Positions 9,403-18,229 of a DNA stretch of 64,000 nt are shown one piece after another (positions within the stretch are counted from its first letter, which is position 1; each line of letters begins with the position of its first letter). Below the pieces are notes generated by a model that saw only the letters and a list, made by a program, of their open reading frames with translations, made no database searches and had not been told where the DNA came from. A program made the position numbers and the translations under genes. The stretch is from Rhodothermia bacterium (lineage in GTDB: Bacteria > Bacteroidota > Rhodothermia > Rhodothermales > UBA2364), in contig JAFLBZ010000011.1 of NCBI GenBank assembly GCA_017303715.1, positions 36,375-100,374 of the forward strand. Direction: 5' to 3'.

Positions 9403-9939
9403 TTATGATGCCGCTTGCTGCGTCATTTGCACGTCTAAAACAAGTTTTACCTCGTCCGAGACCACAACACCGCCCACTTCAGTAACCGCATCCCATTTCA
9501 AGTTGAAGGCTTTCCGGCTAATGCTCCCTGTGATCTCGAATCCGGCCTTCGTTTGTCCGTAGAAATCGGTCATAGTTCCACCATATGTGGCTTTGAGCGT
9601 TACCGGAAGTGTTACGTCGCGGATCGTGAGGTCTCCTGTCAACTCAAAGGTATCGCTACTTTTTGCACGGAAGGCAGTAGAAACGAACTTGAGGTGTGGG
9701 AACTCGGCAGCATTGAAGAAGTCGTCACTTTTCAAGTGGCCGTCGCGCTGATCTACCCCCGTCTCTATGCTATCCACCTCGGCCTCAAATTGGAGTTGGG
9801 CATTTTCCCAAACGTCGCCCTCGGTGGTGGCGGTTGCAGAAAAGCGGCGAAACTGACCTTTTACGGTCGAGATCATAAGGTGTTTAACCCGAAATCCAAC
9901 TTCGGAGTGGGTCGGATCAATCGTCCATATGGTTGCCAT
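9403..9939 (-). CDS. yceI: YceI-family polyisoprenoid-binding protein
   Basis: 178 aa. WTIDPTHSEVGFRVKHLMISTVKGQF is the characteristic YceI N-terminus. Confidence 0.85.
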   Translation of the reverse strand: MATIWTIDPTHSEVGFRVKHLMISTVKGQFRRFSATATTEGDVWENAQLQFEAEVDSIETGVDQRDGHLKSDDFFNAAEFPHLKFVSTAFRAKSSDTFELTGDLTIRDVTLPVTLKATYGGTMTDFYGQTKAGFEITGSISRKAFNLKWDAVTEVGGVVVSDEVKLVLDVQMTQQAAS

Positions 9940-9964
9940 AAGCGTATTGGTTATAAGGTTTATT

Positions 9965-10007
9965 TATGTGTTACGACACTTAAAATACAAACTATGTGTT
10001 ACAACAC
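9965..10007. promoter_or_regulatory. Two copies of a 15-bp motif, each with a GTGT-N4-ACAC core, in the yceI / sugar-cluster divergent promoter region
   Basis: TATGTGTTACGACAC (9965-9979) and TATGTGTTACAACAC (9993-10007), 14/15 identical, start-to-start spacing 28 bp. Confidence 0.35.
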
Positions 10008-10163
10008 ACAAATAATAAAAGAGACACCACAAAAATTTCATCTTATGTGCCGAAGTTGGGGTTTGTGAAAAAGCCTTTACGCGCTCAACTTATTCTAAAC
10101 GATGAAGTACTTTAGACAAAATACTATACCTATGTGGCGTGATAAAACAAAAGAGAATAGGGC

Positions 10164-11153
10164 ATGAAACCAAATGTGGTGGCTTTGGGGCACGGGTATT
10201 GGGGCAAAAACATTGTTCGTAATCTGGCCGCTCTCGGAAGTTTGAGGGGTGTATATGAGCCTGATCCAGAAAAGCGTAAGGAGGCAAAGGCTTTGTACCC
10301 GAACGCCTTGATCTATGAAACCGAACAAGCCGTCTGGGACGATGAAGCCGCTGTAGCGGTAGCGATTGGAACCCCAGCCATTCACCATGCGAAACTTGCA
10401 TTGGCGGCAATCTCGGCTGGGAAAGATGTATTTGTAGAAAAACCACTTGCACTCACTTTAGCTGACGGACAAGAAGTGGTTCAAGCTGCACGCGAGGCGG
10501 GGCGAATTTTGATGGTCGGGCATTTATTGGAATACCATCCGGCGGTACAAGAACTCAAGAACTGGATCCAAGACGGCGTTTTAGGAGATTTACAGTATGT
10601 GTATTCCAATCGCTTAAATCTGGGTAAATTCCGGCGTGAGGAAAATATCTTGTGGAGTTTTGCACCGCACGACATCGCCGTGATTCTACGCCTGACCAAT
10701 CAGATGCCTACGGAAGTGATTGCAACAGGTGGAGCCTATCTAACGCCCGGTGTTGCCGATATTACCACCACCAATTTACGTTTTGATAACGGTGTTCGCG
10801 CCCATATTTTTGTATCGTGGTTACATCCTTACAAAGAGCAAAAACTTGTGGTCGTGGGGTCTCATAAAATGGCGGTCTTTGACGACCATGCGTCGTGGGA
10901 GAACAAGTTAACCTTGTATGATAAAGGAGCCAGTTGGATAGACGACTTTCCCGTACCTCGCCAAGGTGAAGGTAAGCCCGTAAGGCTTGACGCCGCCGAG
11001 CCTTTGTTGGCGGAACTCCAGCATTTTACAAGGTGCATTCAGGAGCGCACCCCGCCGCTAACAGACGGAGCAAGCGGCCTCCGGGTGTTAAAAGTATTGC
11101 AAACCGCGCAAGATTCGCTCCAGCAAAACGGCCAACCTATCGCCATAAAATAA
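10164..11153 (+). CDS. Gfo/Idh/MocA-family NAD-dependent sugar oxidoreductase (WbpB/GnnA-like)
   Basis: 329 aa. N-terminal Rossmann VALGHGYWGKN, EKPLALT motif, and context with an LbH acetyltransferase and a DegT aminotransferase. Confidence 0.85.
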   Translation: MKPNVVALGHGYWGKNIVRNLAALGSLRGVYEPDPEKRKEAKALYPNALIYETEQAVWDDEAAVAVAIGTPAIHHAKLALAAISAGKDVFVEKPLALTLADGQEVVQAAREAGRILMVGHLLEYHPAVQELKNWIQDGVLGDLQYVYSNRLNLGKFRREENILWSFAPHDIAVILRLTNQMPTEVIATGGAYLTPGVADITTTNLRFDNGVRAHIFVSWLHPYKEQKLVVVGSHKMAVFDDHASWENKLTLYDKGASWIDDFPVPRQGEGKPVRLDAAEPLLAELQHFTRCIQERTPPLTDGASGLRVLKVLQTAQDSLQQNGQPIAIK

Positions 11154-11206
11154 CGACGTCTTTTTGTAAAATATGTACCTTCTTTTTCGGTTAAACATTA
11201 AGGTAA

Positions 11207-11794
11207 ATGGATCAGCCTAAACCTCCTTACATACATCCAACGGCTATTGTGGAAGACAACGTAAAGATTGGGCATGGAACCCGTATTTGGCACTTTAGCC
11301 ATGTATTGCCCCATGCAGAAATTGGGGAAAATTGCAATTTGGGGCAAAATGTGATGGTGGGTAAAGGGGTTAAGATTGGGAATGGATGTAAAATCCAAAA
11401 CAATGTCTCGATCTATGAAGGAGTAACCTTAGAGGATTTTGTGTTTTGCGGCCCCAGCATGGTTTTCACCAATGTACGCACGCCGCGCTCCGAGTTTCCG
11501 CGAAACACCGCTGCCGATTATACAGAGACGCTTATCAAACGAGGCGCCAGTATTGGGGCCAATGCGACCATTGTTTGTGGGATTACCTTGCACGAATGTG
11601 CGTTTGTAGCTGCCGGAGCAGTGGTTACCAAAGAAGTACCCGCTTATGCAATAGTGGCTGGTGTACCCGCCAAACAAATCGGGTGGATGAGTGCTTATGG
11701 GGATATCATGGACTTTGGGCACGGGGCTGAATTTACCGACACCATGGGTCATCAATATGTTTTGAAGGACGGTCTGGTTTATCGGCTTTCATAA
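11207..11794 (+). CDS. Left-handed beta-helix (hexapeptide repeat) N-acetyltransferase, WbpD-like
   Basis: 195 aa. Repeated [LIV]G-x4 hexapeptides throughout (IGHGTRIW, IGENCNLG, IGNGCKIQ...). Confidence 0.85.
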   Translation: MDQPKPPYIHPTAIVEDNVKIGHGTRIWHFSHVLPHAEIGENCNLGQNVMVGKGVKIGNGCKIQNNVSIYEGVTLEDFVFCGPSMVFTNVRTPRSEFPRNTAADYTETLIKRGASIGANATIVCGITLHECAFVAAGAVVTKEVPAYAIVAGVPAKQIGWMSAYGDIMDFGHGAEFTDTMGHQYVLKDGLVYRLS

Positions 11795-11830
11795 AATCGG
11801 GCAATTTGCATTACTAAGACCATTTTTGAT

Positions 11831-12940
11831 GTGGACACACAACTTCCTAAAATTCCTGTTTTAGACCTTACGCCAGAGACCGAAGCGCTTTGGCCACAAC
11901 TAAACGAGGCCATTCAGCGGGTGATCCGTTCGGGTCAATTTATTATGGGGCCGGATGTCGGATTGTTCGAGTCCGAAGTGGCGGCATATCTGGGCGTAAA
12001 ACACGCCATTGCGGTAAACTCCGGAACGGATGCGCTCGTCATTGGCCTGCGTGCTTTGGGCATTGGGCCGGAGGACGAGGTCATCACCACACCTTTTACC
12101 TTTTTTGCCACTGCCGAAAGCATCTCGGCGGTTGGTGCAAAACCTGTATTCGTGGACATAGACGCCGCCACATTTAACATAGACCCGTCTAAAATAGAAG
12201 CCGCCATAACCCCAAAAACCAAGGCCATATTGCCCGTCCATCTGTATGGCCGTCCTTGTGCAATGGATCAAATCTTAGCCCTTGCCCACAAGTATCAGCT
12301 AAAAGTGGTGGAGGATTGCGCACAGTCTTTCGGCGCACGATACAACGGCATACAAACAGGGACGGTTGGGGATGTGGGAGCTTTTTCCTTTTTTCCGTCT
12401 AAGAACTTAGGTGCGTTTGGCGACGGTGGGCTTGTAGTGACGGACAATGACGCTGTGGCACAACATGCCAAAATGCTTCGGGTGCATGGTGCTAAGAAAA
12501 AATACCACAACGAGGTATTGGGGTATAACTCCCGCTTAGACACCCTTCAGGCAGCGATTTTGCGTGTAAAACTACCTTATATTGCGTCCAAAAACGCTGG
12601 AAGATATGAAGCCGCCAAACGTTATAACCAATTGCTAAACCACCCGCGTATCATAACACCTGAATTGGTAGAAGGCCATGTTTTCCACCAATACACGATT
12701 CGGGTTCTAAGCGTAGATCGCGACCTTCTTCAGAAGTACCTTGAGAATCGGGGAATTGGTACGATGGTCTATTACCCCATTCCGCAAGACCGCTTGCCGA
12801 TTTATAATGGACAATACCCACCCAATCCGATGAGCGATCTATTAACAACTCAAGTCATTAGTTTACCCATCTGGCCGGAAATATCCGAAGACGTTCAAAA
12901 ACGTATTGCCGAGGCGATTTTTTCTTTTTTACCTTCATAA
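11831..12940 (+). CDS. DegT/DnrJ/EryC1/StrS-family sugar aminotransferase (WbpE/GnnB-like)
   Basis: 369 aa, GTG start. Family-typical FPSKNLG PLP-lysine motif and FESE...AVNSGTDAL. Confidence 0.9.
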   Translation: MDTQLPKIPVLDLTPETEALWPQLNEAIQRVIRSGQFIMGPDVGLFESEVAAYLGVKHAIAVNSGTDALVIGLRALGIGPEDEVITTPFTFFATAESISAVGAKPVFVDIDAATFNIDPSKIEAAITPKTKAILPVHLYGRPCAMDQILALAHKYQLKVVEDCAQSFGARYNGIQTGTVGDVGAFSFFPSKNLGAFGDGGLVVTDNDAVAQHAKMLRVHGAKKKYHNEVLGYNSRLDTLQAAILRVKLPYIASKNAGRYEAAKRYNQLLNHPRIITPELVEGHVFHQYTIRVLSVDRDLLQKYLENRGIGTMVYYPIPQDRLPIYNGQYPPNPMSDLLTTQVISLPIWPEISEDVQKRIAEAIFSFLPS

Positions 12941-12965
12941 CTTGATCTTAACCAAAACCACCTAC

Positions 12966-13967
12966 ATGAAACTCATCATCCCAATGGCCGGGCGCGGAAC
13001 CCGCTTACGCCCGCACACGCACGTTACACCCAAGCCCTTGTTGCCTGTTTTGGGCATTACCATCGTAGAACGCATTGTGCGGACATTTGTGGATTTGGTA
13101 CCGGGCAAAATCTCGGATGCTGTTTTTGTACTTGGTGATTTCCCCGCAGAAGTCCAAGAAAAACTAACCGAGATGTGTACCAAACTCGGCATAGGCGCAC
13201 AATTTGGCGTTCAGAAAGAAGCATTAGGAACCGCTCATGCCGTTTCTTGTGCCGAGGAACATTTGGAAGGGGAATTGATCGTTATTTTTGCAGATACCTT
13301 GTTTTATACCCAAGAAGCCCTCAACACCGAGGCCGATATTGTGGCCTATGTCAAGCAGGTAGAAGACCCCAGACGATTTGGCGTAGTAGCCCGTGATGAA
13401 GCCGGAAACGTTTCCGAACTCATCGAAAAACCCAATCACGACCAATTTAAAGAAGCGCTCATTGGTATCTACTACATCAAAAATGGAGGAGTTTTCCGAA
13501 AAACCATTTTGTATATGATGCAACATAAATTGGTTGGGACACGGGGCGAATATGAGGTAACAGATGCCTTAGACATGATGATGAAAGCAGGTGCAACCTT
13601 GGAAACCGCTACGGTAACCGATTGGCTGGACTGTGGTACGTTACCCGCGCTTGCCGAAACCACCCAGTTTATTTTGGATCGCGAAGGCTCTCAAATTTCG
13701 GGCGATTTGATCAATACCACCATTATAGAGCCGGTATATATCGGCCCCGGTGTCACCGTTCGCGACTCGGTCGTCGGACCATATACCGCCATAGAGTCCG
13801 GTGCAGAGGTAAACGACTCGGTGGTGAAGAATTCCATTATCTTTTCAAACGCCGGTGTTGCGAATGTGGTGATGGATCGCTCCTTCATTGGTCACTCGGC
13901 CGTGATTAAACAAAGCGCCTTTAGCGCGAATATAGGCGACCATACGGTGATTGAATACCTCAGTTGA
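12966..13967 (+). CDS. Sugar-1-phosphate nucleotidyltransferase with C-terminal LbH domain
   Basis: The internal ATG gives MKLIIPMAGRGTRLRP (G-x-G-T-R signature). The C-terminal part has hexapeptide repeats. The ORF-track start at 12906 overlaps the previous gene. Confidence 0.85.
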   Translation: MKLIIPMAGRGTRLRPHTHVTPKPLLPVLGITIVERIVRTFVDLVPGKISDAVFVLGDFPAEVQEKLTEMCTKLGIGAQFGVQKEALGTAHAVSCAEEHLEGELIVIFADTLFYTQEALNTEADIVAYVKQVEDPRRFGVVARDEAGNVSELIEKPNHDQFKEALIGIYYIKNGGVFRKTILYMMQHKLVGTRGEYEVTDALDMMMKAGATLETATVTDWLDCGTLPALAETTQFILDREGSQISGDLINTTIIEPVYIGPGVTVRDSVVGPYTAIESGAEVNDSVVKNSIIFSNAGVANVVMDRSFIGHSAVIKQSAFSANIGDHTVIEYLS

Positions 13968-14776
13968 GACACCTCCGCTCACATTGGATCATAAAGACTT
14001 TGACCCCATCAGAAAGCCATAAAACCGCCATCGGGCTGCTTGTTCAAGCGCGAATGGGTTCTACCCGTCTGCCGGGCAAGGTGCTTATCCCTTTTGTGAA
14101 CGAAGACGCACTCTTACCGCTCTTGATCCGCAGATTCCGTCATGCATTCCCTATGTTACCCTTGGTTGTCGCGACCTCTACCAATGTTGGCGATGATGCA
14201 ATCGCCGCTTGTGCACACAAAGAAGGGGTTTCGGTTTTTCGTGGCGCCGAAGACGACGTACTTGAACGGTTCATTGGTGCTATGGAGGAGTTTGGCCTTG
14301 AAGCGGGCTTACGCATTTGCGCCGATAATCCGTTTTTGATGACGGACTATGCCCATGCCGTTTTGGAGAAAGGTAAATACTCTGACGCCGATTATGTGAG
14401 CCACCGTGTAGCGGAAACGCCGGCCATGCAAACTCATTTTGGAATTTTTACCGAGTACGTTACACGAAATGCCTTGAGAAAAGCCTCCAAAATGGCCATA
14501 CCCCCGGAAGATCGCCAGCATGTAACCAAGTTTTTATACGAGAACCCAACCGTTTTCAATCTGCGATGGATCGAAGCCGATGCGGACGTGCAGGATGTGC
14601 CGGACATTCGGTTGACGGTGGATACGGCCAACGATTTTGCAATCACACAAGCCCTTTGGCAAAAAATGGGGGCACAAAACAAAGCACTCCAATGGCCCGA
14701 CCTGAAGCAATTTCTGGCCAATCAGCCGGAATTAAGAAGGAGAATGTGGCAAGAGCGGACAAAACAACCCAAATGA
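13964..14776 (+). CDS. SpsF/NeuA-type cytidylyltransferase family protein
   Basis: LVQARMGSTRLPGKVL motif of the CTP_transf_3 family. The TTG start overlaps the upstream stop, so the exact start is uncertain. Confidence 0.75.
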   Translation: MRHLRSHWIIKTLTPSESHKTAIGLLVQARMGSTRLPGKVLIPFVNEDALLPLLIRRFRHAFPMLPLVVATSTNVGDDAIAACAHKEGVSVFRGAEDDVLERFIGAMEEFGLEAGLRICADNPFLMTDYAHAVLEKGKYSDADYVSHRVAETPAMQTHFGIFTEYVTRNALRKASKMAIPPEDRQHVTKFLYENPTVFNLRWIEADADVQDVPDIRLTVDTANDFAITQALWQKMGAQNKALQWPDLKQFLANQPELRRRMWQERTKQPK

Positions 14777-15816
14777 TGGAAACCTATTTTATTTGCGAAG
14801 CAGGCCAAAACCACAATGGCGCTATGGAAATTGCACGTCAGTTGATTGATGTGGCAGCCATGCAGGTTTTTGATTCCCTATTCGATACCCCCTTAAAAGG
14901 CGCAAATGCCATTAAGTTTACCAAGCGCGACCTCAAGGAGGAATTGAGTAGCTCGCAGATGGCGCAGCCCTATCACAGCGTTCATGCCTTTGGCGCAACC
15001 TATGGCGAACATCGTGCAAAATTAGAATTGGATGACGAGCAACATGCCGAACTGTACCGGTATGCAAAGGCAAAAGGCTTGGACTTTATTGAGACACTCT
15101 GTGCCCGTGGTTGCCTGAGCGTGTTGCGGTATTTTATGCCGGATCGCCTCAAGGTCGCCTCCCGCGATCTCACCAATTTGCCGCTCTTAGAAGCCTTGGC
15201 CGAGACCCAAATCCCCCTTATTTTATCCACCGGAATGGCCGATCAACGGGAACTGGACGAAGCCTTGGGTGTAATTTCCCGCCATCACGATCAAATTTCG
15301 ATCCTGCATTGCCTTTCCCAGTATCCGGCTGAATATGAAAATATAAATCTACACACCATTACATGGCTCAAAAAACACTACCCCAGCCATACCATTGGCT
15401 ATTCTGATCATTCCGTTGGTATTATGGTTCCGGTGGCGGCAGTGGCTCTGGGAGCCAAAATCATCGAAAAACACATCACCTTAGACCGGAGCATGAAAGG
15501 CTCGGATCATTGGGGATCATTGGAGCCAGATGGCCTGCGAAGGGTTCTGCGTGATATTCGGAACTTGGAACATGCGATGGGAACAGAAAAGATGGCCATA
15601 GATCCGGCAGTAGAAGCCGCCCGTCATAAGCTGGAGCGCTCCATTGCCACACGTCGCAAGATTCCAGCCGGAACCCAGATCCAACCCGAAGACCTGCACC
15701 TGCTTAGCCCCGGCGATGGGTTTAAATGGCGTGACCTACACCTTGTGGCTGGCCAAATTGCCGCAACCGATATTCCTGCAAACGAGGTGGTTTATCCGCA
15801 TATGGTAAGTGGCTGA
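14773..15816 (+). CDS. NeuB-family sialic/nonulosonic acid synthase with C-terminal SAF domain
   Basis: ATGA overlap with the upstream stop. Has ICEAGQNHNG, STGM, GYSDHS and EKHITLD motifs plus a SAF-like tail. The ORF-track start at 14566 lies inside the previous gene. Confidence 0.85.
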   Translation: MMETYFICEAGQNHNGAMEIARQLIDVAAMQVFDSLFDTPLKGANAIKFTKRDLKEELSSSQMAQPYHSVHAFGATYGEHRAKLELDDEQHAELYRYAKAKGLDFIETLCARGCLSVLRYFMPDRLKVASRDLTNLPLLEALAETQIPLILSTGMADQRELDEALGVISRHHDQISILHCLSQYPAEYENINLHTITWLKKHYPSHTIGYSDHSVGIMVPVAAVALGAKIIEKHITLDRSMKGSDHWGSLEPDGLRRVLRDIRNLEHAMGTEKMAIDPAVEAARHKLERSIATRRKIPAGTQIQPEDLHLLSPGDGFKWRDLHLVAGQIAATDIPANEVVYPHMVSG

Positions 15817-16088
15817 TGAAGTTGTTTTCTTGCAAAAAATCACGCACGTCACACACAACCTTATTCACTAACACAACTTAATAAGTCCTCACAAACTTGG
15901 TCACAAATAAATATTGAAAGTTATTTAACATATTTAATGTTGTTACTTCGTTTTAGTTGTTTAAATTTAATTACATATATGTATTCGTTTTTCATGATAC
16001 ATTGCATTAATGAGGTACGGACTCACGCTGAAATGCTTTAGGGGATTGAAAAGTGTAAAAACAAATAGACTGACAATAATTTTATTTT

Positions 16089-16880
16089 ATGCAAGAAACT
16101 CTTCAACAACGTGTGCAGCGTGAAAAAGATGCACATACAGAAAAAGATGTATTGGCGGAAAACTTGCGCATAAAAAGCCGCTTTCCGCATTTAGATACCT
16201 ACCCATCAAAACAACGCTTGTTCAATGCCATAGACACCTATCTTGATCATATTCAAGGGCTTACGGTCTTGGATTATGGGTGCGGACGAGGTGCGTTAAG
16301 CCTGAAACTTCTTCAGAATAATGTAAACAAGGTTTGCGGCATTGATATTTCTGAAGTCTATATCAAGGACTGTATCCATCAGGCCAAAGCAGGGGGCTAT
16401 GCTGCAACGGCTTATGACTTCCAAGTTATGGATGCACATCAGCTAACTTTCCCCGATGAGAGCTTTGATTTAATTATCGGATATGGGATTTTACACCATT
16501 TAGAGCCATCCATTGCGTTAAATGAGATATACCGTGTCTTAAAGCCGGGAGGTCGGGTTTTACTCCAAGAACCTTTAGCAGATAACCCACTTCTGCGAAT
16601 CTTTAGACGTCTTACACCAGATGCCAGAACAGAAGATGAGGCTCCATTTACAAAAAAACAAATCCAAGCATTTACCTCCCTCAACAATTGGAAGTCTGAA
16701 TGTATCTATTGCGGGCTTTTAGAAATGCCAGTCTCTATGTTCACGTCCATCGTTATGCCAAAGATTCCCCATAATTTTCTAATAAAATGGGCAGATAAGT
16801 TGGAAACATGGTTCCATCGCAAAAATCTATTGTCTTCGTGGAATCAATATATTTTGTTGAATTTTGTCAAAAACGGATAA
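16089..16880 (+). CDS. Class I SAM-dependent methyltransferase
   Basis: 263 aa. Motif I VLDYGCGRG, post-I D, LKPGGRVLL. The gene and its flanks are visibly AT-richer than the preceding cluster. Confidence 0.8.
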   Translation: MQETLQQRVQREKDAHTEKDVLAENLRIKSRFPHLDTYPSKQRLFNAIDTYLDHIQGLTVLDYGCGRGALSLKLLQNNVNKVCGIDISEVYIKDCIHQAKAGGYAATAYDFQVMDAHQLTFPDESFDLIIGYGILHHLEPSIALNEIYRVLKPGGRVLLQEPLADNPLLRIFRRLTPDARTEDEAPFTKKQIQAFTSLNNWKSECIYCGLLEMPVSMFTSIVMPKIPHNFLIKWADKLETWFHRKNLLSSWNQYILLNFVKNG

Positions 16881-16978
16881 TTTGCACATAAGTAGCAATA
16901 TGCGACCAACCCACAAGGATCATATTTTGCTTTATTGTTCAATTTTCTTCGTCACAGCCTCTAGAAGGCGCTCTTTGT

Positions 16979-17013
16979 AAAAAAAGCCCTTCCTCATAAA
17001 GAAAAAGGGCTTT
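16979..17013. terminator. Hairpin with flanking A/T tracts between convergent genes, mainly a minus-strand terminator
   Basis: GCCCTT (16986-16991) / AAGGGC (17005-17010) with A7 upstream on the plus strand (T7 downstream on the minus strand). Confidence 0.45.
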
Positions 17014-17136
17014 AGCCTTGGAAAGAGAGGCCATTAAAAGGTAACTACACAATAACGGTCTATGCCAAATGGGAAGCCTAAATTCTGGACAGACCTGTTG
17101 CTACTGACGAACCTTCCTTTTGGTAAACGCTTGTTT

Positions 17137-17778
17137 TTACGAATTTTGCAAGGCACGCGCCGCAGCCGCTATTTGATCAATTTTGTCTAATTCGGTTTGC
17201 TTTTCATTTGGTTTATCATAGCATTCTTTGCAATGCTCATCCAGGGTTTTGCCCTCTTTTTTCAACCAAACACTTGCAGCCGAAAACGCCGTTTTTTGGG
17301 CTTGCTTCATTTTCTCTTCGCTCCAGATTCCCTTTAACTTTTCAAGAGCTGGTTGTATAAGGCTGGCATCCGGATTTTCCCACTTCAACAACAGGTCGGT
17401 ATAGAATCCTAAAATCGTAAGTTCTGCCGGAGTAAGGGTATCTTGCCGGAGCAAACGTTGGTCTAACATCATCATCGCCACACGTTGCTCAAAAGAAGAC
17501 ACGTCGTGTAAAGTTTGGGCTTTAACGAGTAGTGGCTTTAGCTTATCGTGCGCCGATTCAATAGACAAATTACTAATAATGGTAGGTGTGGCTTTGATTT
17601 CGAGTTTCCTCATCTCTTTTTCTTGGTCTGACGGCGCGGCTGTCATGTTATCCGGAATCGCATGGATGTAAACGGATTCCTTAAGCGGTACACGTTGGTT
17701 GTTGTTTGTGGAGGCAGGCTGCTCGGAACAACCAAGCGCCATGAGGCCAAAGGCGACGGCGAATAGGGCGTTTTTCAT
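17137..17778 (-). CDS. Hypothetical lipoprotein
   Basis: 213 aa. Lipobox MKNALFAVAFGLMALGCSEQ. No recognisable family. Confidence 0.6.
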   Translation of the reverse strand: MKNALFAVAFGLMALGCSEQPASTNNNQRVPLKESVYIHAIPDNMTAAPSDQEKEMRKLEIKATPTIISNLSIESAHDKLKPLLVKAQTLHDVSSFEQRVAMMMLDQRLLRQDTLTPAELTILGFYTDLLLKWENPDASLIQPALEKLKGIWSEEKMKQAQKTAFSAASVWLKKEGKTLDEHCKECYDKPNEKQTELDKIDQIAAAARALQNS

Positions 17779-18229
17779 TGTGAGGATATTATATATAGTG
17801 TTTTAATAAAAAAATATTTGATTTATGTCGAAATTACAAAACAATCAGTGCTTTAAACAATAGGTACATCTAAGTATAAATATTTTTTTGGGATATTTTT
17901 TTGACTTCTGACAAGGGATGAATTTTGATAGGTCCTTAAAATGAACAAGGTTTATATAAAAACACGAAAAAGCATAACAGAGGAGAGGTGGAGGGCTACA
18001 GAATCGCCCTTTGTTATGAAGTAAAATATTTGCCCTCTCCCGCACGAAGCCCCACAATTTGAAGAACGAGCCCCATAATGCCATTTGATAAAAAAAGAAG
18101 TTTATCGCTTTTAGCGCACAACCTCAAAACTGTAACGCCTTTGGCTCATGTATTTGATTATTCAAGACATCGTTTCTTATTTTACTTGAACAGATTGTCT
18201 TCTCACCTTTCAATTTTCAACACTTGGTT

